From Methanomicrobiales archaeon (GTDB lineage Archaea > Halobacteriota > Methanomicrobia > Methanomicrobiales > Methanospirillaceae), in assembly GCA_037137755.1 (NCBI GenBank), contig JBAXJR010000033.1:1-24990 (forward strand): a stretch of 24,990 nucleotides of DNA. Direction: 5' to 3'. The translations under genes were made by a program, and so were the position numbers. The notes beneath the pieces were generated by a model that made no database searches, had not been told where the DNA came from, and was given only the letters and a program-made list of their open reading frames with translations. Shown one piece after another: positions 1 to 7,129 of the stretch (position 1 is the stretch's first letter; the number at the start of each line of letters is the position of its first letter).

Positions 1-196
1 TTTTAATTCGATACTCTAAGATAAAAATGTAAGCTTGGGTTTTTCGCTATCCTCTGCAGATAAAAAAATTGCAAACCCAGGATTTGGCACCCGCCAGCCG
101 GGAAGCAGGTTCTGGTGCTTCATATCAACGAATTTATGATGTGGAATCAGCGCTGGTAACTTGAAAGGTCTCCCAAAAAAAATCTGAACTTGATAT

Positions 197-628
197 TCAG
201 ACTTCTTTATTCCCCGTGTCATCCTTTGCGAGTGTGTCTAGAATACGATACGTGTTGATGAGTTTATTAAACGATACGACAAGCTCACCTATCTCGTCAT
301 TTGACATGACATCAATTTCTGATGTTTTTATCTCCCCCTGGCTCATATTTTGCGCAATATTTGATAATTTGACGATAGGACTCGTAATGCTGCTGGCAAG
401 GAAGAAACTCCACATCAGGACAATGGCAAGGGTGACAACGGTCAGCAGAATGATTGTTGTCTGGAGCCCTAAACTTGCAGTTATGCTTGCGGTGCCCCCC
501 ATCGAAACGATTCCCAGGAGAAATATCGGGATTGTCGCGACAAACAGCATGCTGATCATGAGTTTGAAGAAAATAGGAATTTGTATCCTGATCTCTTTTC
601 TTTTCGTAGTTTCACTATCATGAGTCAT
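197..628 (-). CDS. Small membrane protein with two TM helices and a HAMP domain
   Basis: Two hydrophobic segments followed by the HAMP signature ITSPIVKLSNIAQNMSQGE...SNDEIGELVVSFNKL; no output domain. Confidence 0.85.
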   Translation of the reverse strand: MTHDSETTKRKEIRIQIPIFFKLMISMLFVATIPIFLLGIVSMGGTASITASLGLQTTIILLTVVTLAIVLMWSFFLASSITSPIVKLSNIAQNMSQGEIKTSEIDVMSNDEIGELVVSFNKLINTYRILDTLAKDDTGNKEV

Positions 629-910
629 GATGAATACATCCCTCTTAACTATAATAATCTTTTACCAGTGATGCATAATAATGTATACCATTATCTTCAC
701 GCAATAGGAAACTAAATTTTTTCCTTATGAAAACGAGAGAATCAATTAGTTTTCTGGGCGAGGTCTATCATCCATATACATGATTATCAAGCTAAATTCA
801 GGAACTGATTATGGATATTATAACCATATCCACACCTGAAGAGTAATATCCCGAAAACCACAAAATTGAGTCAGTACTGTTTTTATGAATTCAGAACAAT
901 AGTATTTGAT

Positions 911-1207
911 ATGACGAATCAGGAAATATCCGTAAATATTCCACAGACACTTGACCCGGTCTATAGCAACATGATCCAGATAGCCTACAAGGAGGATGAA
1001 TTCACCTTTGTTTTCCTTCACCAGTTACCCGGTGTTAACCAGGCGAGAGCCAAGGCCATTGTGAGTATTACCCCCACCCATGCAAAGAACCTCCTCGCAG
1101 TCCTTGAGAAAACAATGGCCGATTTTGAATCAAAATTCGGGAAAATTGAGCCAAAAGGTGAGCGCCCTTCGGTTGATAATGTGACCACCATCAGGGGTTA
1201 CTCCTGA
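911..1207 (+). CDS. DUF3467-family protein
   Basis: PVYSN...EFTFVF...AIVSITPTHAKNLLAVL...FESKFGKI matches the family pattern; ATG at 911 preferred over TTG at 866; T-tract after the stop. Confidence 0.75.
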   Translation: MTNQEISVNIPQTLDPVYSNMIQIAYKEDEFTFVFLHQLPGVNQARAKAIVSITPTHAKNLLAVLEKTMADFESKFGKIEPKGERPSVDNVTTIRGYS

Positions 1208-1290
1208 TACCGTTATTTTTTAGTACAGTTTCCTGCACACCACTCTAAATGTTAATAAATGCAGAACTACTATAGATAAGAGGCATTTTT

Positions 1291-1362
1291 GCCGCCGTGG
1301 CTTAGGGGTATAGCGGCTGATTCGTAATCAGCAGGTCGAGGGTTCAAATCCCTCCAGCGGCT
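1291..1362 (+). tRNA. tRNA-Thr(CGT)
   Basis: Cloverleaf: anticodon arm GCTGA-TTCGTAA-TCAGC, T arm GAGGG-TTCAAAT-CCCTC, acceptor GCCGCCG/CAGCGGC with one C-A mismatch, U discriminator; AT-rich box at ~1250-1260. Confidence 0.95.
1347..1362 (+). repeat. attL core (3' end of tRNA-Thr)
   Basis: AATCCCTCCAGCGGCT, identical to 10047-10062. Confidence 0.92.
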
Positions 1363-1386
1363 TGTCGTAATTGTTCTAATCCAACA
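1362..1386. repeat. Inner-end inverted repeat, left copy
   Basis: TTGTCGTAATTGTTCTAATCCAACA; its reverse complement matches 10024-10048 at 21/25 positions. Confidence 0.85.
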
Positions 1387-1418
1387 CCCTATTTTCACAG
1401 GGCAGAGAAGATACGGCC

Positions 1419-1494
1419 CCATTCCATAAAGTCCGGTATTGTTGCGCTATGGGGCTTGAATCGGGAAAGGAATTATTCTCTTTGGCTCGCTGCT
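1419..1494 (+). repeat. 76-bp direct repeat A, copy 1
   Basis: 75/76 identical to 2921-2996; the pair brackets the sheath-like gene. Confidence 0.95.
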
Positions 1495-1574
1495 CTTCTA
1501 TGACAAGAAATTCGGTTTCAATAGAGCAATCTATAAATATAGTCAAACAAGAAGTTTTTGTTACCAGGGGTAAT

Positions 1575-1637
1575 TTTAAATATCATACTTTGTGTGAGAT
1601 CATGGTGTTTAAAAATAGTCTGGGAGATTTTGGAGGT
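1575..1637 (+). promoter_or_regulatory. Putative TATA box (TTTAAATA, 1575-1582) and RBS (GGAGGT, 1632-1637) of the sheath-like gene
   Basis: Consensus-like archaeal TATA box; Shine-Dalgarno sequence 7 nt before the TTG at 1645. Confidence 0.55.
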
Positions 1638-1644
1638 TGAAAAT

Positions 1645-2733
1645 TTGAAGAAAATTGGCGTTATTATAATTGCCTGTTTAATGTTGATAGCATTTATTGG
1701 TTTTGCTTCAGCAGATCGTGTCGTTCCGGCAGTCCCTGAAACACAGGGTATTGTTACCACAACCGTTGCAAATGTAGACGGTCTCGTCATGGAAACCGAC
1801 GCAGGGGTATGGACTCTGACTGATAATCCCTATAAAATGCACAAGGTTAGTGCCGCAGCTGCGCTTATGGCTACAATTCCGGGGTGGTATTGGATTATGC
1901 TGCCAGCCGATCGGGATCAATTAATCGCAGCGGGAGGGTCATATAAGGTCAATGCTTTACATGAACTTACCGAAATAACCATCCCCGATTCATTAATGAA
2001 TGTGCAAAGAGCCAGTGGATATAATGGCACATGGGGTGAGTGGTATGCTCTCGTACTATCACTTAACCCAACCGCAATCGTAACCGATATCGACTCCGGC
2101 ATTCACACGGGTATCCTCAACACAGGACAGGTGCAGTACACCACCTCGTACGACAAGAACATCGTCGCACAGACTGGACTGACCTCACTTGTAGCAAGCC
2201 AGAACCTCAACACCGGCAACAAGGTAATCGGTCAGTCGAACCTCGACGCCAAGACCGCACTTACCTTCATTGCAACCGGTGACGGTGGAAACGTTGTAGG
2301 TAGCGAGAACCTGATGCTCGACGGTGCAGCCAACGGCAAGACCGCTTCAGACGTTATGCTCTGTCCGTTCTCATCCGCAGGCGCTAACATCATTCCAGCA
2401 TACTGCAACATCATCCAGGCAGGTAGTGCATACGACCTGACATTCGGCTCAGTTACAACCGCTGCAAACGAGAGGTTTGTCGGTACTGATGCAACCATGC
2501 CTGTCGTCCTGAACTACAACATCAACGTTAAGCCATACGGCACATCCGCCGGACAGATCCCGGCAGTCGGCTCGGCATCAGCTTACGTGAAGTCTCACAT
2601 CCAGGAAGCAAGAGGAACAACCAACAACGTTAGAAGCGAAGACGTGGTTTACTCCGAGACCTCAAGTGTTAACGGTATGATCTCCGGATTCACTAAGGAC
2701 ATCAAGTACCAGTCTGGTATGTCTTTACTCTAG
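1645..2733 (+). CDS. Secreted beta-rich protein, probably of the Methanospirillum-type major sheath protein (MspA/SH) family
   Basis: TTG start after GGAGGT; Sec signal peptide KKIGVIIIACLMLIAFIGFASA|D; VPAVPETQGIVTTT, GQVQYTTSYD, MLCPF...IPAYCNII and HIQEARG motifs recalled from Methanomicrobiales sheath-protein paralogs (memory-based); rich in T/S/G/N. Confidence 0.65.
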   Translation: MKKIGVIIIACLMLIAFIGFASADRVVPAVPETQGIVTTTVANVDGLVMETDAGVWTLTDNPYKMHKVSAAAALMATIPGWYWIMLPADRDQLIAAGGSYKVNALHELTEITIPDSLMNVQRASGYNGTWGEWYALVLSLNPTAIVTDIDSGIHTGILNTGQVQYTTSYDKNIVAQTGLTSLVASQNLNTGNKVIGQSNLDAKTALTFIATGDGGNVVGSENLMLDGAANGKTASDVMLCPFSSAGANIIPAYCNIIQAGSAYDLTFGSVTTAANERFVGTDATMPVVLNYNINVKPYGTSAGQIPAVGSASAYVKSHIQEARGTTNNVRSEDVVYSETSSVNGMISGFTKDIKYQSGMSLL

Positions 2734-2920
2734 ACGAGTTTGAGACGGGAATAAGGAAATAAGGGAGAAATACTTCCTCCTACATCCTTGTTCTTTTCAA
2801 AAAATTGCGATTTTTCCCGGAAGATCTATTTTCTCGAAATTTTAGAATGCTGAAAAAATGGGCCTATTCCCTCAAAGTTTCATATGTTCAAATCATGCCC
2901 CTTGCATACTAATTTTGAGT

Positions 2921-2996
2921 CCATTCCATAAAGTCCGGTATTGTTGCGCTATGGGGCTTGAATCGGGAAAGGAATTATTCTCTTTGGCCCGCTGCT
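2921..2996 (+). repeat. 76-bp direct repeat A, copy 2
   Basis: 75/76 identical to 1419-1494. Confidence 0.95.
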
Positions 2997-3056
2997 ATTT
3001 ATGCCTCCCTCTCTGGATACCTGCTTATCTTTGCGATATATGGCTTTAATTGTGGG

Positions 3057-3656
3057 TTAATTTAGGTCCCCGTTCTTCCTCCTTCTCCGGTGTAATTGCA
3101 TTGGAGAAAGTTTTAATTTCCCGGCTATTTGCACCCATGAGAGACCATCCTTCCGCCATGCCTCTACCTTCTGCCAGTCGATGTCATTTCTTGGCCTCCC
3201 TAACTTCTTACCCTCTGCCTTGGCCCTGTCTAGACCTGCCTTCGTGCGCTCTACAAGGTTTGCCCGTTCCCTTTCCGCGACCCATGAAAGTATCATGGTC
3301 ATTAACTGCCTCATTGCCTTGTCCTCGCTCCGGGTGAATCCCTCGTTGGGTGAAAGGCTCCAGACACAGATTCCTTTTTCTTCGAGAACCTGAATGATGC
3401 TAATGGTTTCATAGGTGGTTCTCCCTAACCGGGATAACTCATAAACACAAAGGCATTTTACTTCCGGGTGGATCTCAATGAAATTCATGAGTTTCTTAAA
3501 CCCGGGTCTCTTCAGTGCCGGGACTGTTCCGGACACTCCGTTGTCAGTGAAAATACAGTCTTCCGCGACACCCTCTTTAATCAGGATATTCTTTTGATTG
3601 TCGGTATTCTGCTCCGTTGTCGAAACCCTGACATATCCAATCTTTGTGCAGTTCAT
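3057..3656 (-). CDS. Small serine recombinase (resolvase/invertase) with C-terminal HTH
   Basis: GYVRVST catalytic Ser motif, RPGF, VYELSRLGR, AERER...ERTKAGL..AKAEGKKLGRP, terminal HTH. Confidence 0.95.
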   Translation of the reverse strand: MNCTKIGYVRVSTTEQNTDNQKNILIKEGVAEDCIFTDNGVSGTVPALKRPGFKKLMNFIEIHPEVKCLCVYELSRLGRTTYETISIIQVLEEKGICVWSLSPNEGFTRSEDKAMRQLMTMILSWVAERERANLVERTKAGLDRAKAEGKKLGRPRNDIDWQKVEAWRKDGLSWVQIAGKLKLSPMQLHRRRRKNGDLN

Positions 3657-3667
3657 AGTAACTTAAA

Positions 3668-3738
3668 CCCATATAACATAATGGGATGCTTAAGCATATA
3701 ACATATTCATTCCTTTATGTTACTATTTTTTGACATAA
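3668..3738. promoter_or_regulatory. Putative res-like recombination/operator site overlapping the resolvase promoter
   Basis: CATATAACATA twice (3670-3680, 3695-3705), palindrome ATGCTTAAGCAT (3686-3697), inverted pair TTATGTTA (3715-3722) / TGACATAA (3731-3738). Confidence 0.5.
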
Positions 3739-3760
3739 AAATAAGCGACCTTCTTCGTAT

Positions 3761-3870
3761 TTCCAGTGGAAGCGAAATTGAGAAAATGATAGGAACGGTG
3801 CTTTAATCGCAGGATTTCCAGTGGAAGCGTATGTTATCCAGTGGAAATTCCGCGCATTGTTCCAGTGGAA
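3761..3870. repeat. Four copies of palindromic TTCCAGTGGAA
   Basis: Copies at 3761, 3816, 3836 (ATCCAGTGGAA) and 3860. Confidence 0.85.
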
Positions 3871-3877
3871 GCAGTGG

Positions 3878-3960
3878 TTAAAATCAGATTGAAGAATATC
3901 TCTTCAATTCGGGGTTTTTTGCCCACTCTTCATGAGCAGTTCTGCGAGTTTCTCATATGA
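3878..3960 (+). repeat. 83-bp direct repeat B, copy 1 (diverged duplicate of the 3' end of the TerS-like gene)
   Basis: 74/83 identical to 5728-5810; minus strand reads SYEKLAELLMKSGQKTPN* versus SDEKLAEQLMKSARKTPN*. Confidence 0.9.
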
Positions 3961-4101
3961 GGGTCTTTTTACAGGACAGTGATGGATCAGCCAACGTCAC
4001 AAAGCCCGGTATCGTTGCGAGAGTTGCAAAATAGGGGTTAATTCAATCAATCATTCAAGTTTTGAAATAGGCGCGTTTATCCCTCATCATCTATATGTAT
4101 T

Positions 4102-4884
4102 ATGATGAAGAGGATTTCTTTTATTTTTTTGGCTGCGATAGTTCTAGTCGCATGTGCTGCAACTCTTGCAGGATGTGTTGCTCAATCCACAGCCCCTATT
4201 GGGGTAATAACTACACCCACATCGACCCCCGAGACTATAACTCGGGTAGATGAAACTGGGTTTTATTTGGTAGACGGTCCTGCTAAGTCCCATAATCCTG
4301 TAACAACAATGGTCACGCTGGAAATTACAAATATGGGAGATTTCGATGCTAAAAATGTTCAAGCGCATGTAAAATTAATTTATAAAGGAAATACTCTTGA
4401 TGAAAATACTCTAAACTTTGGAACTGTTAAGGTCGGAATGCCAGTTAAAAAAGAGTTTGTCATGAAGGCACAATTCTCTCCGGCTGATTGGAAATCATAT
4501 ACAAGTGCTAGTTATGAAGGAATGGAATTAAAAACGGATAGTATTACGGGAGATAATATTCCAAATTCTTACACATCGTCATCGGGGTCAATACCTACAT
4601 TGGTCAAATCAACCACCCCAAAATATAAAAAGGGCGATATTATAGGCGATCTGCAATATCCATTTTATTATGAACCAAGATATCATCCCGGCTCGGATTT
4701 GCCATATATGGTAAGGGGTTACAATGTGACCCCATCGGGCACCTATTATACACTAGAGCCTCAAAACATCGAAATAATGTATGGAAGTGATATGTATGTC
4801 CCTTCAAGCTCCCCCACCATAGTTATGGAAATTAATGAAGCGGAGCAGGAATATCCATATTTATTTGATACTTATTCAATCTAA
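4102..4884 (+). CDS. Lipoprotein with a CARDB/Ig-like segment
   Basis: Signal peptide with lipobox LAGC, T/P-rich linker, VTLEITNMGDFDAKNV Ig-like motif; AT-rich codons; T-tract after the stop. Confidence 0.75.
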   Translation: MMKRISFIFLAAIVLVACAATLAGCVAQSTAPIGVITTPTSTPETITRVDETGFYLVDGPAKSHNPVTTMVTLEITNMGDFDAKNVQAHVKLIYKGNTLDENTLNFGTVKVGMPVKKEFVMKAQFSPADWKSYTSASYEGMELKTDSITGDNIPNSYTSSSGSIPTLVKSTTPKYKKGDIIGDLQYPFYYEPRYHPGSDLPYMVRGYNVTPSGTYYTLEPQNIEIMYGSDMYVPSSSPTIVMEINEAEQEYPYLFDTYSI

Positions 4885-5047
4885 AGATAATTTTTTTTCG
4901 TTTTATAGCCAATGGCCCGATATGTGGTGTATTCTGTCTTTTTTAATTGAAAAATGGAGGGAGTCATCGTTACGGGTTTTTCTCCACACATAGGTGGACG
5001 ATCAGAACCGGGAATACATTATTGTCTTGCGACACTGTATCAGCACC

Positions 5048-5707
5048 ATGAAGAAATATCTGATACTCTTGATTTCCGTTGCCTTTGTTGCGGTAATGTT
5101 CGCCGGTTGCACAAGTTCAAGCCCGGCCCCAGATGTTCCAACTCCGACACCCACACCGCAAATTGTGTACGTCACCGTTCTCGTAACTCCAACCACGACG
5201 CAAAAAGTTCCGACAACTAATATGTTAACGAATCAAAATACCGCAGGGATTGCCAACCCTGCCTCGGTTTATTGTAGCCAAGTAGGTGGGACGGATATTA
5301 TCAAGAAGGACACAACAGGAGCAGAATATGGCATGTGTACATTTCCAGATGGTACCTCCTGTGAGGAGTGGGCACTTTACCGTGGCCAGTGCAAGCCAAA
5401 AGTATCAGTTTCCACACCTGTTATCACTTACATTTCAAGTTCGACAATTCCAGCAACACTGTCCGGCAACGGTGATGATGTGGTGAATTTCGCTGCGACG
5501 GGTACAGGGCTACGTATTTTTACAATGAGATATACAGGGACGTCAAATTTTGCAGTGATTCTGAAAGATGGTAATGGGGGATACCTTACGTTGCTTGCGA
5601 ATGAAATCGGATCTTATTCGGGTAAGAAATCCGAACAACTTACAACGGGAAAATATTATTTGGATGTAACAGCAAGCGGGCCTTGGTCAATTCAGATTGC
5701 AAGTTGA
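5048..5707 (+). CDS. Lipoprotein with a DUF333 domain and a C-terminal beta-sandwich
   Basis: Start MKKYLILL at 5048, lipobox FAGC, PTPTPTPQIVYVTV linker, DUF333 motif IANPASVYC...GMCTFPDG..CEEWALYRGQC. Confidence 0.85.
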   Translation: MKKYLILLISVAFVAVMFAGCTSSSPAPDVPTPTPTPQIVYVTVLVTPTTTQKVPTTNMLTNQNTAGIANPASVYCSQVGGTDIIKKDTTGAEYGMCTFPDGTSCEEWALYRGQCKPKVSVSTPVITYISSSTIPATLSGNGDDVVNFAATGTGLRIFTMRYTGTSNFAVILKDGNGGYLTLLANEIGSYSGKKSEQLTTGKYYLDVTASGPWSIQIAS

Positions 5708-5727
5708 TACAGGCACATAAATATCAA

Positions 5728-5810
5728 TTAAAACCGGATTGAAGAATATCTCTTCAATTCGGGGTTTTTCGCGCACTCTTCATGAGCTGTTCTGCTAATT
5801 TTTCATCTGA
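5728..5810 (+). repeat. 83-bp direct repeat B, copy 2
   Basis: 74/83 identical to 3878-3960; contains ATTGAAGA-N5-TCTTCAAT inverted repeat and overlaps the TerS-like stop codon. Confidence 0.9.
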
Positions 5811-6203
5811 CAGATTTGTTATTTCTGCTGATGTGTTGATACTGATTTGAGATTGTGTTTGTATAGCGCCTGTGACCTTTCCAATCAATTCGAGGATTGA
5901 TCGGATTTCCCTAATGGCAACGAGCGCAGTACGGCGATCTCCCGCTTCCTCTGCTTGGTCGAGGATACTGGTTGCTCTTTCCGAGAGGGCTGTCACCTGC
6001 TGCAACAGGGTTCCGGCTTCCGCAACCACCTGAGCCTCATGAGCCTTCACTAGATGGCTTGGCAGGTGCTGAGCGTGCCGCTGTAGGGTTGTTGATGAGA
6101 TTCCCCACTGACCCGAGATACTCCGCAACGAGGCCCCGCCCACTATTGCGGCGTTAATCGTGGAGCAGTCAAGATGGCTGCAAACAGTGCATAGTCGCGG
6201 CAT
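5754..6203 (-). CDS. Virus-type HTH protein, putative terminase small subunit
   Basis: MPRLCTVCSH (CxxCxH) + HTH (SLRSISGQWGISSTTLQRH) + helical oligomerisation region (RTALVAIREIRSILELIGKVTG) + LSDEKL tail; architecture recalled from proteins encoded upstream of TerL in proviruses; RBS GAAGGGAG. Confidence 0.55.
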   Translation of the reverse strand: MPRLCTVCSHLDCSTINAAIVGGASLRSISGQWGISSTTLQRHAQHLPSHLVKAHEAQVVAEAGTLLQQVTALSERATSILDQAEEAGDRRTALVAIREIRSILELIGKVTGAIQTQSQISINTSAEITNLSDEKLAEQLMKSARKTPN

Positions 6204-6303
6204 TTTGTCTCCCTTCGATCTCCTGCTCATCTTCTCTGACTCGCTGCTCTGCCACGGGCCCGATAAAACGAGCGCCGGAGGGCAATGGGATGTTTTCAAT
6301 CAT
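6169..6303 (-). CDS. Small hypothetical protein (44 aa), not in the ORF track
   Basis: MIENIPLPSGARFIGPVAEQRVREDEQEIEGRQNAATMHCLQPS*; GGGGTGA RBS just upstream; fills the gap in the operon. Confidence 0.35.
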   Translation of the reverse strand: MIENIPLPSGARFIGPVAEQRVREDEQEIEGRQNAATMHCLQPS

Positions 6304-6306
6304 GCG

Positions 6307-6651
6307 TCACCCCGCGATCTGCTTCTTGGCGTGTGAACGCTTCACGGGTGCAGGTGCCATGACTGGCGTTTGAGTCTGTTCGACAATCGGGGCCGGGAAT
6401 GGGATTTTCTGGGTTTCCCAGTTGATCGCCAGTATCTGATGGCAGGAATCGCAAATGTAATCTTGGTTCCTTGGGACTGTATGCAGAGGCACATAGACCT
6501 TGTTCACCTGATACGATCCGCATCGGGCACAGGGTCTTCCTGTTCCATAGGTCGGCGTCCGCCAGGACGACGGGTCTTTCTTTCGTTCTGCGTCTTCTGC
6601 AATCTTCTCCGGGGTGAGTTCTGGTTTAAGATGTTGTGTTAGTGCTGCCAT
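6307..6651 (-). CDS. Zinc-finger hypothetical protein
   Basis: CARC...CDSC motif pair; AAGGAG RBS upstream. Confidence 0.7.
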   Translation of the reverse strand: MAALTQHLKPELTPEKIAEDAERKKDPSSWRTPTYGTGRPCARCGSYQVNKVYVPLHTVPRNQDYICDSCHQILAINWETQKIPFPAPIVEQTQTPVMAPAPVKRSHAKKQIAG

Positions 6652-6748
6652 AATTTTAATCTCCTTTTGATAATGGGTTGTTCGTAAATCGGTGCATCAT
6701 TTGATGAATGCCGGGGCCTGAATGTGATAGCGTTGGGGGGCTACACGA

Positions 6749-7129
6749 TCAGACACCCGACCTTTTGAGTAATGGGCATTTACTCGACGCGATTCCCATA
6801 ACAGAATAGCCTTTGAGGACTCCTGCCTTGATTTCAGCCAGAACAGCGGCGTCTTCTACCTTCGATGCGAGAATCCACGACCCCTTTGGGAGTGTGACCT
6901 GACGGCCTTCTAAGGTTACCTGCATCGGTGCAGGTAGCAGGTATGACTCTACAGGAACAGCGACGTTCTTGAGTGTGTGCCGGATATCGATGTTGCGATA
7001 GTCAGACATCCACTTGTGTGCAATACGTTGGATTTCCTTTTCGGTGAGAAGTTTTTCACCCCTTGTTCGGTCGCAATCGGCCAATCCGGGCACGAGTACG
7101 CAGCCGTATACGATCCCTTGCTCGGTCAT
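6749..7129 (-). CDS. XkdF-like putative prohead (capsid maturation) serine protease
   Basis: IVYG.VLVP..., EIQRIAH.W, IDIRH, PVESY, PKGSW, IKAGVLKGYSVMG match the PBSX XkdF-like family pattern; TAATG overlap with the upstream gene. Confidence 0.8.
   Translation of the reverse strand: MTEQGIVYGCVLVPGLADCDRTRGEKLLTEKEIQRIAHKWMSDYRNIDIRHTLKNVAVPVESYLLPAPMQVTLEGRQVTLPKGSWILASKVEDAAVLAEIKAGVLKGYSVMGIASSKCPLLKRSGV

Noticed and set aside
16-222. 68-aa minus-strand ORF
   Set aside because: No recognisable motif and it overlaps the HAMP gene end; cannot be supported
1558-1644. Upstream extensions in the ORF track (sheath gene; also 866, 4994, 6299, 14690, 17470, 17990, 24734)
   Set aside because: Signal peptides, RBS positions and family N-termini favour the downstream starts
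1449-3049. ORFs 1449-1640 and 2858-3049 sharing MGLESGKELFSLARC
   Set aside because: The shared peptide is just the 76-bp DNA repeat; no coding signal
3761-3910. CRISPR array (short palindromic repeats, ATTGAAG motif)
   Set aside because: Repeats are only 11-14 bp with irregular spacing and no 30-40-bp spacer periodicity; no cas genes
3878-5810. Diversity-generating retroelement TR/VR pair (repeat B overlaps a gene 3' end)
   Set aside because: The 9 mismatches are not adenine-specific on either strand, and no reverse transcriptase is present in the window
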